A stretch of DNA of 37,809 bases from Eledone cirrhosa (GCA_964016885.1 CAXHJY010000538.1:1-37809), one strand, 5' to 3'; shown: positions 16,656-30,521, numbered from the stretch's first letter. Program-made: numbers and translations. Notes: generated by a model from the sequence alone, not told the origin.

Positions 16656-17858
16656 AGAGTCCCCCGCTCCATTATCTGGTGGGCTCTTAGAAAACTAGGC
16701 GTTGACGAATGGCTTGTGAGGGCTATACAAGCCATGTATAAAGAAACAGTCAGCAAGGTTAGAATTAACAACGAATATAGTGAAGAGTTTAGCGTAAAAG
16801 TCGGCGTCCATCAGGGCTCTGTTCTCAGTCCACTACTATTTATTATTGCCCTTCAGGCCATAACAGAGGAGTTCAAGACAGGCTGCCCATGGGAACTCCT
16901 ATACGCAGACGACCTGACACTCATAGCGGAATCAATGGCCGAGCTAGAGAAGAAATTCCAAACATGGAAGCACGGCCTAGAGTCAAAAGGACTTAAAATT
17001 AACCTGGCTAAGACCAAAGTACTAGTTTGTAGGAAAGAAAACAAGGCGGCGGTCCCTTCTGGGAAATGGTCGTGCTCGGTGTGTAGGAAAGGCGTAGGTA
17101 GAAACTCCATTTTATGTCCTAAATGCAAAGTATGGGTGCATAAAAGATGTAGTGGGATCACAGGTAGGCTAACTAAGAACATAGATTTTACATGTGGCCG
17201 GTGCTCTGGTGCAATAAGTAGCAGCAAGTGCCCACAAACTACTAGCTCTTTCAATTGCGCAGAGGGTTCTATAGAAATAGTGGACAGCTTCCGTTACCTG
17301 GGCGATAAAATCAGCAGTGGGGGAGGGTGCTCTGAAAGTACTGTAGCTAGAGTCAGAACTGGTTGGAAAAAGTTCAGAGAGCTTATACCACTATTAGCTG
17401 CTAAAGGGTTCTCACTAAAAATGAAAGGCAGGTTGTACGATGCCTGCATACGAACAGCAATGCTGCATGGCAGTGAGACCTGGGCATTGTGTGCAGAGGA
17501 TATACGCAGACTAGAGAGGAACGAAGCTTGCATGCTCCGCTGGATGTGTAACAGTAATATACGTGAACGGCAAAGCATAAACGAACTAAGGAATAAATTA
17601 GAGATAAGAGGGATCAGATGTTGTTTACTCGAGAGAAGGCTACGTTGGTATGGACACGTGATGCGCATGAAAGTCGATAGCTGTATAACAAAGTGCAGGG
17701 CAATAAAGATAGACGGTAGTCACGGAATAGGCAGACCTAGAAAAACCTGGGACGAGCTGATAAACTCCGACATCACACACTTACACCTCTCCAAGACAAT
17801 GTCACTGGACCGAGACCTTTGGCGGTACTCAGTAACAGAGAAGACCCGCCTTACCTAA
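16656..17858 (+). CDS. Partial RTE reverse transcriptase with inserted PHD-type finger
   Basis: Open frame from the truncation point (track ORF 16716..17858). C4HC3 motif at 17073-17204. Confidence 0.85.
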   Translation, partial: RVPRSIIWWALRKLGVDEWLVRAIQAMYKETVSKVRINNEYSEEFSVKVGVHQGSVLSPLLFIIALQAITEEFKTGCPWELLYADDLTLIAESMAELEKKFQTWKHGLESKGLKINLAKTKVLVCRKENKAAVPSGKWSCSVCRKGVGRNSILCPKCKVWVHKRCSGITGRLTKNIDFTCGRCSGAISSSKCPQTTSSFNCAEGSIEIVDSFRYLGDKISSGGGCSESTVARVRTGWKKFRELIPLLAAKGFSLKMKGRLYDACIRTAMLHGSETWALCAEDIRRLERNEACMLRWMCNSNIRERQSINELRNKLEIRGIRCCLLERRLRWYGHVMRMKVDSCITKCRAIKIDGSHGIGRPRKTWDELINSDITHLHLSKTMSLDRDLWRYSVTEKTRLT

Positions 17859-18253
17859 ATATATAGTAAAACCTACTCCAGCCAGTAGGCATCTCTAACA
17901 AATACACCCCGTCCCACCACCCCCACCCGATCCACACCACCCCGTTCTATGTAAAGTTATGTTGGTGCCGCGCCATCGAGGCCGAAACAAATGAGATCGT
18001 GTAGGTGTCACGACAAAAAAACACACAGTCCACGCTGTAATGTGGCCGTGTAGGCAACACGGTAAAAACCTCCCAGACCCACACTGTAAATGTGGTTGGT
18101 GTTAGGAAGGGCATCCAACTGTAGAAAACCTGCCAGACAGTCCTATGCGAGCAAGACAATCACTCTTGCCTCAAGTGGGACTACCCCCGTCCAAACCCAT
18201 GCAAGCGTGGAACACGGACGTTAAACGCTGATGATGATGATGATGATGATGAT
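16656..18253 (+). mobile_element. RTE-clade LINE, subfamily 1, 5'-truncated copy a
   Basis: RT C-terminal half ([36 protein letters not shown]). The 3' UTR ends CGGACGTTAAACG-(ATG)n. Confidence 0.93.
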
Positions 18254-18398
18254 ACATATATATATATATACATACATATATATATATATACATACATATA
18301 TATATACATACATATATATACATATATATATACATAGATATATATACATATATACATATATATATATATACATATATATATATACATACATATATATA

Positions 18399-18713
18399 CT
18401 GGAAGCAGGGACTAGAGAGAAAGGGCCTCAAAGTCAACATGACAAAGACTAAGGTCCTTATAAGTAGACGAGAAAACAGAACCCAGATCCCCTCAGGGAA
18501 ATGGCCTTGCTCAGTATGTAGGAAAGGTGTAGGTAGGAACTCCATTCTTTGCCCCAAATGCAAACAATGGGTACACAAGAGATGTAGCGGGATCTCAGGA
18601 AGCTTAATTAAGAATGTAGGATTCACATGCAGCAGCTGTGCTGAAACAGCAAGCAAACAGCCACAGGAAACAAGTACCACCAATCTCTGGGAGGGCCCTG
18701 TAGAAACAGTAGG
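18399..18713 (+). mobile_element. RTE subfamily 2 fragment, tandem duplicate of the 5' end of 18763-19965
   Basis: Matches 18763-19077 at a period of 364 bp, with the same 5' truncation point and the same upstream TA flank. Confidence 0.9.
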
Positions 18714-18762
18714 GACTACATATATATATATATACATATATATATATACATACATATATATA

Positions 18763-19965
18763 CTGGAAGCAGGGACTAGAGAGAAAGGGCCTCAAAGTCA
18801 ACATGACAAAGACTAAGGTCCTTATAAGTAGACGAGAAAACAGAACCCAGATCCCCTCAGGGAAATGGCCTTGCTCAGTATGTAGGAAAGGTGTAGGTAG
18901 GAACTCCATTCTTTGCCCCAAATGCAAACAATGGGTACACAAGAGATGTAGCGGGATCTCAGGAAGCTTAATTAAGAATGTAGGATTCACATGCAGCAGC
19001 TGTGCTGAAACAGCAAGCAAACAGCCACAGGAAACAAGTACCACCAATCTCTGGGAGGGCCCTGTAGAAACAGTAGGCAGCTTCTGCTACCTAGGTGACC
19101 GAATTAGCAACGGAGGTGGGTGCTCAGAAAGTACAATAACTAGGGTAAGAACGGGATGGAAGAAGTTTAGGGAACTACTACCACTGCTAGCTGCAAAAGG
19201 CTTCTCCCTCAGAATGAAAGGCAGACTGTATGATGCGTGTATCCGAACAGCGATGTTGCATGGTAGTGAGACCTGGGCGCTGAAGGTGGAAGACTTACGT
19301 AGATTAGAGAGAAACGAAGCCTGCATGCTCCGATGGATGTGTAACAGTAATATACGTGAACGACAAAGCATAAAGGAATTGAGAGAGAGACTGAGCATAG
19401 GAGGAATCAAATGCTGCGTGCAGGAGAGGCGGTTACGCTGGTATGGACATGTGATGCGTATGAAGGATGACAGCTGCATAAAAAGGTGCAGAGCACTAGA
19501 AGTTGATGGAAACCGCGGAGTGGGGAGACCCAAGATGACTTGGGATGAGGTGATAAAAGCCGACCTTACCCAACTACACCTCTCAAAGTCAATGACACAC
19601 GACCGTGACTTCTGGCGTCACGCAGTAATACAGGGTACCCGACCTCCCATGGGTACATGCTGAAGCATATAAACAATATGCCCCCCCCCCCACCGCAAGG
19701 TGGTCGTGGAGGTGCCACGGCAAAAAAGCACCCAGCCCACACTGTAAAGTGGACGTGTAGGCGCCACGAAAAAGCACCCAGCACTCACTGTAAATGAGGT
19801 TGGTGTTAGGAAGGGCATCCAGCTGTAGAAATCAAGCCAGATCAGTTCCTGTATGAGCAAGGCATGGTCAGCCGACCAGACACTGCCCACAACAGGACAA
19901 CCCGTCTAACCCATGCTAGCGTGGAAGAACGGACGTAAAACGGTGATGATGATGATGATGATGAT
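18763..19965 (+). mobile_element. RTE-clade LINE, subfamily 2, 5'-truncated
   Basis: Frame open to stop at 19663 (PHD finger, [22 protein letters not shown]). Diverged at DNA level from subfamily 1. Ends CGGACGTAAAACG-(GAT)n. Confidence 0.92.
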
Positions 19966-20404
19966 ATATATTTATATATATATATATATTTATTTATATT
20001 TATATATTTATTTATATTTATATATTTATTTATATTTATATATTTATTTACATATATATATTTATTTATATATTTATTTACATTTATATATTTATTTACA
20101 TATATATATTTATTTATATATGTATATATATATATTTATTTATATATTTATTTACATATATATATTTATTTATATATGTATATATATATATATATTTATT
20201 TATATATGTATATATATATTTATTTATATATGTATATATATATATATATTTATTTATATATGTATATATATATATATATTTATTTATATATGTATATATA
20301 TATATTTATTTATATATATATATATATTTATATATGTATATATATATATATATATTTATTTATATATGTATATATATATATATAAATAAATATATATATA
20401 TATG

Positions 20405-20450
<46 letters not shown>

Positions 20451-20728
20451 TAAATATATATATATACATATATAAATAAATATATATATATAAATAAATA
20501 TATATATATATATACATATATACATATATAAATATATATATACATATATAAATAAATATATATATATATATACATATATAAATAAATATATATATATATA
20601 TACATATATAAATAAATATATATATATATACATATATAAATAAATATATATATATATACATATATAAATAAATATATATATATATACATATATAAATAAA
20701 TATATATATATATACATATATAAATAAA

Positions 20729-20762
<34 letters not shown>

Positions 20763-21012
20763 CATATATAAATAAATATATATATATATATATACATATA
20801 TAAATATATATATATATATATACATAAATAAATATATATATATACATATATAAATAAATATATATATATATACATATATAAATAAATATATATATACATA
20901 TATAAATAAATATATATATATATATATATATACATATATAAATAAATATATATGTATATATATATACATATATAAATAAATATATATGTATATATATATA
21001 TATATTTATTTA

Positions 21013-21043
<31 letters not shown>

Positions 21044-21577
21044 TTATTTATATATGTATATATATATATATATATTTATTTATATATGTGTATATATATA
21101 TATATATATTTATTTATATATGTATATATATATATATATGTATTTATTTATATATGTATATATATATATATATATTTATTTATATATGTATATATATATA
21201 TATTTATTTATATATGTATATATATATATATATTTATTTATATATGTATATATATATATATATATTTATTTATATATGTATATATATATATATATATTTA
21301 TTTATATATGTATATATATATATATATTTATTTATATATGTATATATATATATATATATATTTATTTATATATGTATATATATATATATTTATTTATATA
21401 TGTATATATATATATATATATTTATTTATATATGTATATATATTTATTTATATATGTATATATATATATATATATTTATTTATATATGTATATATATATA
21501 TATTTATTTATATATGTATATATATATATATTTATTTATATATGTATATATATATATATATTTATATATGTATATAT
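19966..21577. repeat. TA-derived minisatellite, unit ~TTTATTTATATATG(TA)n, with an inverted central block
   Basis: T-rich orientation ~19966-20385, A-rich (CATATATAAATAAA) ~20385-20985, T-rich again to 21577. Confidence 0.93.
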
Positions 21578-23164
21578 ATGCTGAAGGCATCTGGCACGGT
21601 GGGACACACCATGGTCACCCGCATAGTTAACCAAGTCGTACAGAATGGGGTTGTTCCGAAGGACTGGCATAGCAGCATCATCGTTAACTGTTATAAGGGT
21701 AAAGGAGACGCCCTAGATAGGAGTAACTATAGAGGCATTAAATTAATCGACCAGGTCATGAAGGTCACAGAAAAAGTAATAGCGCAACTAATCAGAGAGA
21801 GAATTGACCTAGATGAAATGCAGTTCGGGTTTGTGTCAGGCAAAAGTACCACAGACGCTCTTTTCATAGTACGACAACTACAGGAGAAGTACCTAGCTAA
21901 AGGTAAACCCCTCTACTTAGCTTTTGTCGACTTGGAGAAAGCCTTCGACAGAGTCCCCCGCTCCATTATCTGGTGGGCTCTTAGAAAACTAGGCGTTGAC
22001 GAATGGCTTGTGAGGGCTATACAAGCCATGTATAAAGAAACAGTCAGCAAGGTTAGAATTAACAACGAATATAGTGAAGAGTTTAGCGTAAAAGTTGGCG
22101 TCCATCAGGGCTCTGTTCTCAGCCCCCTACTATTTATTATTGCCCTTCAGGCTATAACAGAGGAGTTCAAGACAGGCTGCCCATGGGAACTCCTATACGC
22201 AGACGACCTGACACTCATAGCGGAATCAATGGCCGAGCTAGAGAAGAAATTCCAAACATGGAAGCACGGCCTAGAGTCAAAAGGACTTAAAATTAACCTG
22301 GCTAAGACCAAAGTTCTAGTTTGTAGGAAAGAAAACAAGGCGGCGGTCCCTTCTGGGAAATGGTCGTGCTCGGTGTGTAGGAAAGGCGTAGGTAGAAACT
22401 CCATTTTGTGTCCTAAATGCAAAGTATGGGTGCATAAAAGATGTAGTGGGATCACAGGTAAGCTAACTAAGAACATAGATTTTACATGTGGCCGGTGTTC
22501 TGGTGCAATAAGTAGCAGCAAGTGCCCACACAATACTAGCTCTTTCAATTGCGCAGAGGGTTCTATAGAAATAGTGGACAGCTTCCGTTACCTGGGCGAT
22601 AAAATCAGCAGTGGGGGAGGGTGCTCTGAAAGTACTGTAGCTAGAGTCAGAACTGGTTGGAAAAAGTTCAGAGAGCTTATACCACTATTAGCTGCTAAAG
22701 GGTTCTCCCTAAAAATGAAAGGCAGGTTGTACGATGCCTGCATACGAACAGCAATGTTGCATGGCAGTGAGACCTGGGCATTGTGTGCAGAGGATATACG
22801 CAGACTAGAGAGGAACGAAGCTTGCATGCTCCGCTGGATGTGTAACAGTAATATACGTGAACGGCAAAGCATAAACGAACTAAGGAAAAAATTAGAGATA
22901 AGAGGGATCAGATGTTGTTTACTCGAGAGAAGGCTACGTTGGTATGGACACGTGATGCGCATGAAAGTCGATAGCTGTATAACAAAGTGCAGGGCAATAA
23001 AGATAGACGGTAGCCACGGAATAGGCAGACCTAGAAAAACCTGGGACGAGCTGATAAACTCCGACCTCACACACTTACACCTCTCCAAGACAATGTCACT
23101 GGACCGAGACCTTTGGCGGTACTCAGTAACAGAGAAGACCCGCCTTGCCAGTAGGCATCTCTAA
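21578..23164 (+). CDS. RTE reverse transcriptase (endonuclease missing) with inserted PHD-type finger
   Basis: KGKGD...[32 protein letters not shown]4HC3 at 22367-22498. The track ORF's upstream extension to 21086 is only satellite. Confidence 0.88.
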   Translation: MLKASGTVGHTMVTRIVNQVVQNGVVPKDWHSSIIVNCYKGKGDALDRSNYRGIKLIDQVMKVTEKVIAQLIRERIDLDEMQFGFVSGKSTTDALFIVRQLQEKYLAKGKPLYLAFVDLEKAFDRVPRSIIWWALRKLGVDEWLVRAIQAMYKETVSKVRINNEYSEEFSVKVGVHQGSVLSPLLFIIALQAITEEFKTGCPWELLYADDLTLIAESMAELEKKFQTWKHGLESKGLKINLAKTKVLVCRKENKAAVPSGKWSCSVCRKGVGRNSILCPKCKVWVHKRCSGITGKLTKNIDFTCGRCSGAISSSKCPHNTSSFNCAEGSIEIVDSFRYLGDKISSGGGCSESTVARVRTGWKKFRELIPLLAAKGFSLKMKGRLYDACIRTAMLHGSETWALCAEDIRRLERNEACMLRWMCNSNIRERQSINELRKKLEIRGIRCCLLERRLRWYGHVMRMKVDSCITKCRAIKIDGSHGIGRPRKTWDELINSDLTHLHLSKTMSLDRDLWRYSVTEKTRLASRHL

Positions 23165-23526
23165 CAAAATACACCCCGTCCCACCACCACCACCCCCACC
23201 CCATCCACACCACCCCGTCCTATGTAAAGTTATGTTGGTGCCGCGCCATCCGGGCCGAAACAAATGAGATCGTGTAGGTGTCACGACAAAAAAACACACA
23301 GTCCACGCTGTAATGTGGCCGTGTAGGCAACACGGTAAAAACCTCCCAGACCCACACTGTAAATGTGGTTGGTGTTAGGAAGGGCATCCAACTGTAGAAA
23401 ACCTGCCAGACAGTCCTATGCGAGCAAGACAATCACTCTTGCCTCAAGTGGGACTACCCCCGTCCAAACCCATGCAAGCGTGGAACACGGACGTTAAACG
23501 TTGATGATGATGATGATGATGATGAT
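21578..23526 (+). mobile_element. RTE-clade LINE, subfamily 1, 5'-truncated copy b
   Basis: Near-identical to 16656-18253 but extends further 5'. (GAT)n tail. Confidence 0.94.
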
Positions 23527-23560
23527 AGACATATATATATATATATATATACATATAGAC

Positions 23561-23591
<31 letters not shown>

Positions 23592-23594
23592 GAC

Positions 23595-23627
<33 letters not shown>

Positions 23628-23630
23628 GAC

Positions 23631-23663
<33 letters not shown>

Positions 23664-23713
23664 GACATATATATATATATATATACATATAGACATATAT
23701 ATATATATATATA
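23527..23713. repeat. CATATAGACA(TA)n minisatellite
   Basis: Seen directly. Begins immediately after the RTE (GAT)n tail. Confidence 0.95.
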
Positions 23714-24169
23714 TGGTGGCTGCCAACTCGTTTTCGAGTATGGCCACTACTTTATATCCATGTAGGAGAAGCCCTACCGATGTGTTGAACGAGTGTGACT
23801 TTTTAGTGCAGCCAGCGACTGGAAAACTGGTACAAACATGGTACATGTGATGACAAGTGCAGAGAGATCTCCAGATATGAAGCAATGCCTGTGCCGTGAA
23901 GCTTTTATAGTGAGCAAAGGCACTGCACAAAGCCAGTCCCACTCTCTTAACCAAGATGATATTTACCAAAAAGAAGAACAATTCAATATCATTGGATACC
24001 ATCAGGGTTGCAGGTGTTATATCAGAGTTTTCCTTCTCCTAGAATTCTGTCTTGACAAAGGCTAAGGGGTCATCTCTCCCAGTGATTTTGGATGGCCATT
24101 GACTCTTAAGAGCTCCTTTTTTGCCCTTTGACAGGTTTTGTTTTTAGTCCTGCAGGATGTCCAAAGTCA
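23714..24169 (-). mobile_element. Non-autonomous RTE-derived element, copy 4, 5'-truncated
   Basis: Homologous to copies 1-3 with the same 3' end, a different 5' truncation and an internal deletion. Confidence 0.78.
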
Positions 24170-26772
<2,603 letters not shown>

Positions 26773-27602
26773 TATATTAATAAGAGGAATTCCAACTTTG
26801 TCTGATTTACTCGTTTTATTTACAATCCTTTAAAATATATATAATGGTATTATAATGAAATAGTATGATAGAATATTAAATTCTAAGTGTTAATTGAACA
26901 AGTACTTTCATGCTTTCGCAATCTTCAGGTTCATGATATGTGGTGACAGTCGAGTTTGCAATTTTCAACTGTAATGAGATGGGTAAATTTCCTACCTTTT
27001 ATACATTTTATACAGAGAAAAGTGGCTCCAGAATGCAAAGCCCTGTAAACTGTATTTCGACCAATCAGTGTGTAGTTTCACTGAATTACTACAGCTGATT
27101 GGTTTAAGCGTCACGGCTGGTTGAGCATGCTAACGACCAATAGTCATATCCAACGTATCAATTGTTTTGCTTTTTTGAAATGATGAAAATAGCATTTTCT
27201 ATTAATCATCACCATCAACATCACTTTTATTATTATTATTATTGTTGTTGTTGTTGTTGTTAGTGGTCGTGGTCATAGTGGTAGTAGAAGTAATACCCCT
27301 AGGCGTTATTATTGTTCATTTAGCTTGGGTTTGAATTTATCAATAAAATTCTTTTCTTTGATTTTTCTCTTGATTTCATTTGGGCTGTGTAATTTGTAGA
27401 ATGGGAATATTATAAATATTCCCTGACCACATGTTGCCAGGTGGCCGCTTAGGGGTATCTGACGGACATTTGGGTCTCTGATTTGTTGACGGTGTACCCG
27501 TGCACGTTCCGATAGTGCATTTCCAGTTTGACCGACATATAGTTCTTCACAATTCGGGCATTTAATGCAGTAAATTAGATTTCTGCTTTTGCAGTTCATA
27601 TT
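26773..27602 (-). repeat. Left arm of 830-bp inverted repeat (3' end of ORF + pLTR)
   Basis: Reverse complement of 29409-30238. Two mismatches noticed by eye (27116/29895 and 26959/30052). Confidence 0.95.
26895..26933 (-). ncRNA. Minimal type I hammerhead ribozyme (left pLTR copy)
   Basis: Exact reverse complement of 30078-30116. Confidence 0.85.
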
Positions 27603-29408
27603 TGCATTTGTGAATATTTTTCCAGTTTTTGTTTTCATATATTGACCGGCGTGTATGGATTGACATGTGCCGCATCGATTATCATTGCATTTAGATACAG
27701 TGAATGATTGGTCTTTGTTGTTAAGGTCAAACTTTGCTTTTGTTAGCAATTGCTTCAAATTTTTTGGCTGTCTTTTACTAAGAGTCAAAGATCGATCTGT
27801 GATTAAGCCTTTTAATTCATTACTTTGAGCAATGATCGGTAGGTTTGCTTTGGCAGTGTTGAAGATATTCTGGTGACATGGGTTGTGTGTCATTATAAAT
27901 GGTATGACCAGTTCTTGGTTTCTTCTTCTTTGGGTTGTTCTAAGTTGTTGTATAGGTATTTTTATAGCCCGCTGTATGCCATTTTCTATAAGTAGAGATG
28001 GGTATTTTTGTTTGAGCAAAAATTCTCTTAGTTCTGTTAGGCGTTTGTACCTGGTATTCGTATCTTCTACAATGGTACAAATTCTTCTGGCTAGGCAGTA
28101 TGGGATGTTGCGTTTTGTATGAGGTGGATGGCACGACTTAAAATTCAGATATTGATGGGTGTCTGTGTGTTTATAATATATATCCGTGGTAATGGTGGTG
28201 TCGTTTTTGATTATCATTATATCTAGGAATGGTAATTTGGTCCTACTCATCTCTTTTGTGAATTGGAGAGATGGGTGTAGGTTATTCAGGAGGATATTGA
28301 ACTCATCCAGAGTATCTAAAGATTCTGTCCAGATGATGAAACAGTCGTCAAGGTATCTCTTCCAAGATTTTTCAATGTACTTTCTAAAGTCAGTACTATA
28401 TTTTTCCTCTATTTCTTGGTAGAGTTGTTGTTCTAAGTATCCCATTACAGAGTTCGCGTAAACGGGAGCAAACTTCGTTCCCATCGCTGTGCCTCTAATT
28501 TGGATGTAATTCTTTCCATTGAAGAAGAAAGTGTTGTTTTCCAGAATAAGTTTAACTGCGTCTAATATAAATGGCGCTGTGAATCTAATGGGAATCACTT
28601 CTCTATGTTTTTCCACCCAGTATTTAACCGCCTTTATTCCTAAATCATGTGTAATGTTGGTGTAAAGGCTTACCACATCAAAACTGAGTAGAAGTGAATT
28701 CGTTTCCGTGGTTTTGGGAAGATGGGACAGGAAGTCGATATCATCCCGGATGAAACTGGGTATGTGAATACATAGTGGTTTCAAAATAATGTCAACAAAA
28801 TTGCTTAGACGGTGAGTGGGGCATGTTGGACCAGCTATAATAGGTCTAAGTTTTAAGTCTTTTGGGTGTAATAATTTAATGTACTCACTGTTTTGTTCTC
28901 TTACTGCCAGTTGTATTTCTTTTGACTTGTGAACTTTCGGTAGGCCATACAGGTTGCTGGGTTTCGGCTCAAAATTGGTGATGTAGTCTCTTTCCTTATC
29001 AGTAAATGAGTTGTGGTATTTTGAAGCCAGGTTGTTGATCTTCTTCATGATGTTGTGGTCTATATTTGACGGTATTTCATGATAGAATGTTGTGTCTTTC
29101 AGTTGTTCCTCAACCAAATCCTTGTAGTATTCAGTATCCATTATAACAACTGCACCCCCTTTATCTGCTTGTTTAATTATTATTGTTTTATCATTTTGTA
29201 TACGTTTAAGTGCAGACATTTCTGATTTGTTAATGTTTGGCCTAACATTAGTATTATGTCTAAGAGGAAATTTAGACAGGATGTCAATGTATTGGTCGAG
29301 ATAGATATTTCTTCCTTTTGGCGGAGTGAAATTTGATTTATTCTTTACTAGTGATTCATCACTCTCATTATTTTTATCAGCGAAGAATTCTACAAGACGT
29401 AATTTTCG
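27309..29408 (-). CDS. PLE reverse transcriptase - GIY-YIG endonuclease (N-terminally truncated)
   Basis: IKQADKGG, YGLPKVHK, RPII, FDVVSLYTNI, GTAMG, RYLDD, PFLD; Cys linker CNDNRCGTC; NLIYCIKCPNC..YVGQTG..L..R..H. The frame stays open upstream of Met 29219 (RKLRLVEFF...KSNFTPP) up to the inversion junction. Confidence 0.93.
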   Translation of the reverse strand, partial: RKLRLVEFFADKNNESDESLVKNKSNFTPPKGRNIYLDQYIDILSKFPLRHNTNVRPNINKSEMSALKRIQNDKTIIIKQADKGGAVVIMDTEYYKDLVEEQLKDTTFYHEIPSNIDHNIMKKINNLASKYHNSFTDKERDYITNFEPKPSNLYGLPKVHKSKEIQLAVREQNSEYIKLLHPKDLKLRPIIAGPTCPTHRLSNFVDIILKPLCIHIPSFIRDDIDFLSHLPKTTETNSLLLSFDVVSLYTNITHDLGIKAVKYWVEKHREVIPIRFTAPFILDAVKLILENNTFFFNGKNYIQIRGTAMGTKFAPVYANSVMGYLEQQLYQEIEEKYSTDFRKYIEKSWKRYLDDCFIIWTESLDTLDEFNILLNNLHPSLQFTKEMSRTKLPFLDIMIIKNDTTITTDIYYKHTDTHQYLNFKSCHPPHTKRNIPYCLARRICTIVEDTNTRYKRLTELREFLLKQKYPSLLIENGIQRAIKIPIQQLRTTQRRRNQELVIPFIMTHNPCHQNIFNTAKANLPIIAQSNELKGLITDRSLTLSKRQPKNLKQLLTKAKFDLNNKDQSFTVSKCNDNRCGTCQSIHAGQYMKTKTGKIFTNANMNCKSRNLIYCIKCPNCEELYVGQTGNALSERARVHRQQIRDPNVRQIPLSGHLATCGQGIFIIFPFYKLHSPNEIKRKIKEKNFIDKFKPKLNEQ

Positions 29409-29869
29409 AATATGAACTGCAAAAGCAGAAATCTAATTTACTGCATTAAATGCCCGAATTGTGAAGAACTATATGTCGGTCAAACTGGAAATGCACTATC
29501 GGAACGTGCACGGGTACACCGTCAACAAATCAGAGACCCAAATGTCCGTCAGATACCCCTAAGCGGCCACCTGGCAACATGTGGTCAGGGAATATTTATA
29601 ATATTCCCATTCTACAAATTACACAGCCCAAATGAAATCAAGAGAAAAATCAAAGAAAAGAATTTTATTGATAAATTCAAACCCAAGCTAAATGAACAAT
29701 AATAACGCCTAGGGGTATTACTTCTACTACCACTATGACCACGACCACTAACAACAACAACAACAACAATAATAATAATAATAAAAGTGATGTTGATGGT
29801 GATGATTAATAGAAAATGCTATTTTCATCATTTCAAAAAAGCAAAACAATTGATACGTTGGATATGACT

Positions 29870-30040
29870 ATTGGTCGTTAGCATGCTCAACCAGTCGTGA
29901 CGCTTAAACCAATCAGCTGTAGTAATTCAGTGAAACTACACACTGATTGGTCGAAATACAGTTTACAGGGCTTTGCATTCTGGAGCCACTTTTCTCTGTA
30001 TAAAATGTATAAAAGGTAGGAAATTTACCCATCTCATTAC
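29870..30040 (+). promoter_or_regulatory. Putative Pol II promoter in pLTR (mirror copy ~26971-27141 on minus)
   Basis: Three CCAAT/ATTGG boxes (29870, 29909, 29946), TATAAAA at 29999 and 30008, and Inr-like TCATT at 30034, all upstream of the hammerhead. Confidence 0.55.
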
Positions 30041-30077
30041 AGTTGAAAATTACAAACTCGACTGTCACCACATATCA

Positions 30078-30116
30078 TGAACCTGAAGATTGCGAAAGCA
30101 TGAAAGTACTTGTTCA
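30078..30116 (+). ncRNA. Minimal type I hammerhead ribozyme
   Basis: UGAAC-CUGAAGA-U-UGC(GAAA)GCA-U-GAAA-GUAC-UU-GUUCA: 5-bp helix I, conserved core, helix II, palindromic GUAC in place of helix III. PLE pLTRs are known to carry such ribozymes. Confidence 0.85.
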
Positions 30117-30275
30117 ATTAACACTTAGAATTTAATATTCTATCATACTATTTCATTATAATACCATTATATATATTTTAAAGGATTGTAAATAAAACGA
30201 GTAAATCAGACAAAGTTGGAATTCCTCTTATTAATATAATCTTCTATACACAATCATACACACCCGTGTATATTT

Positions 30276-30521
30276 ACCTATCTATATCTATATATATATA
30301 TATATATATACATATAGACATATATATATATATATATACATATAGACATATATATATATATATATACATATAGACATATATATATATATATATATAATAC
30401 ATATAGACATATATATATATATATACATATAGACATATATATATATATATACATATAGACATATATATATATATATATATATACATATAGACATATATAT
30501 ATATATATATATATACATATA

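Larger units (their letters stand above)
29409..30238 (+). repeat. Right arm of 830-bp inverted repeat (GIY-YIG segment + pLTR)
   Basis: ORF 29412..29702 is identical to the last 96 aa of ORF 27309..29219. Confidence 0.95.
26773..30275 (-). mobile_element. Penelope-like retroelement (Neptune-like), 5'-truncated with inverted pseudo-LTR
   Basis: RT + GIY-YIG ORF on the minus strand. 26773-27602 is the reverse complement of 29409-30238. Each arm carries a hammerhead. Confidence 0.93.

Noticed and set aside
21086-21577. Apparent N-terminal YI extension fused to the RTE RT (692-aa ORF)
   Set aside because: It is chance read-through from stop-free satellite into a 5'-truncated element.
29412-29702. 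Stand-alone GIY-YIG endonuclease gene
   Set aside because: It is the inverted duplicate of the PLE ORF 3' end.
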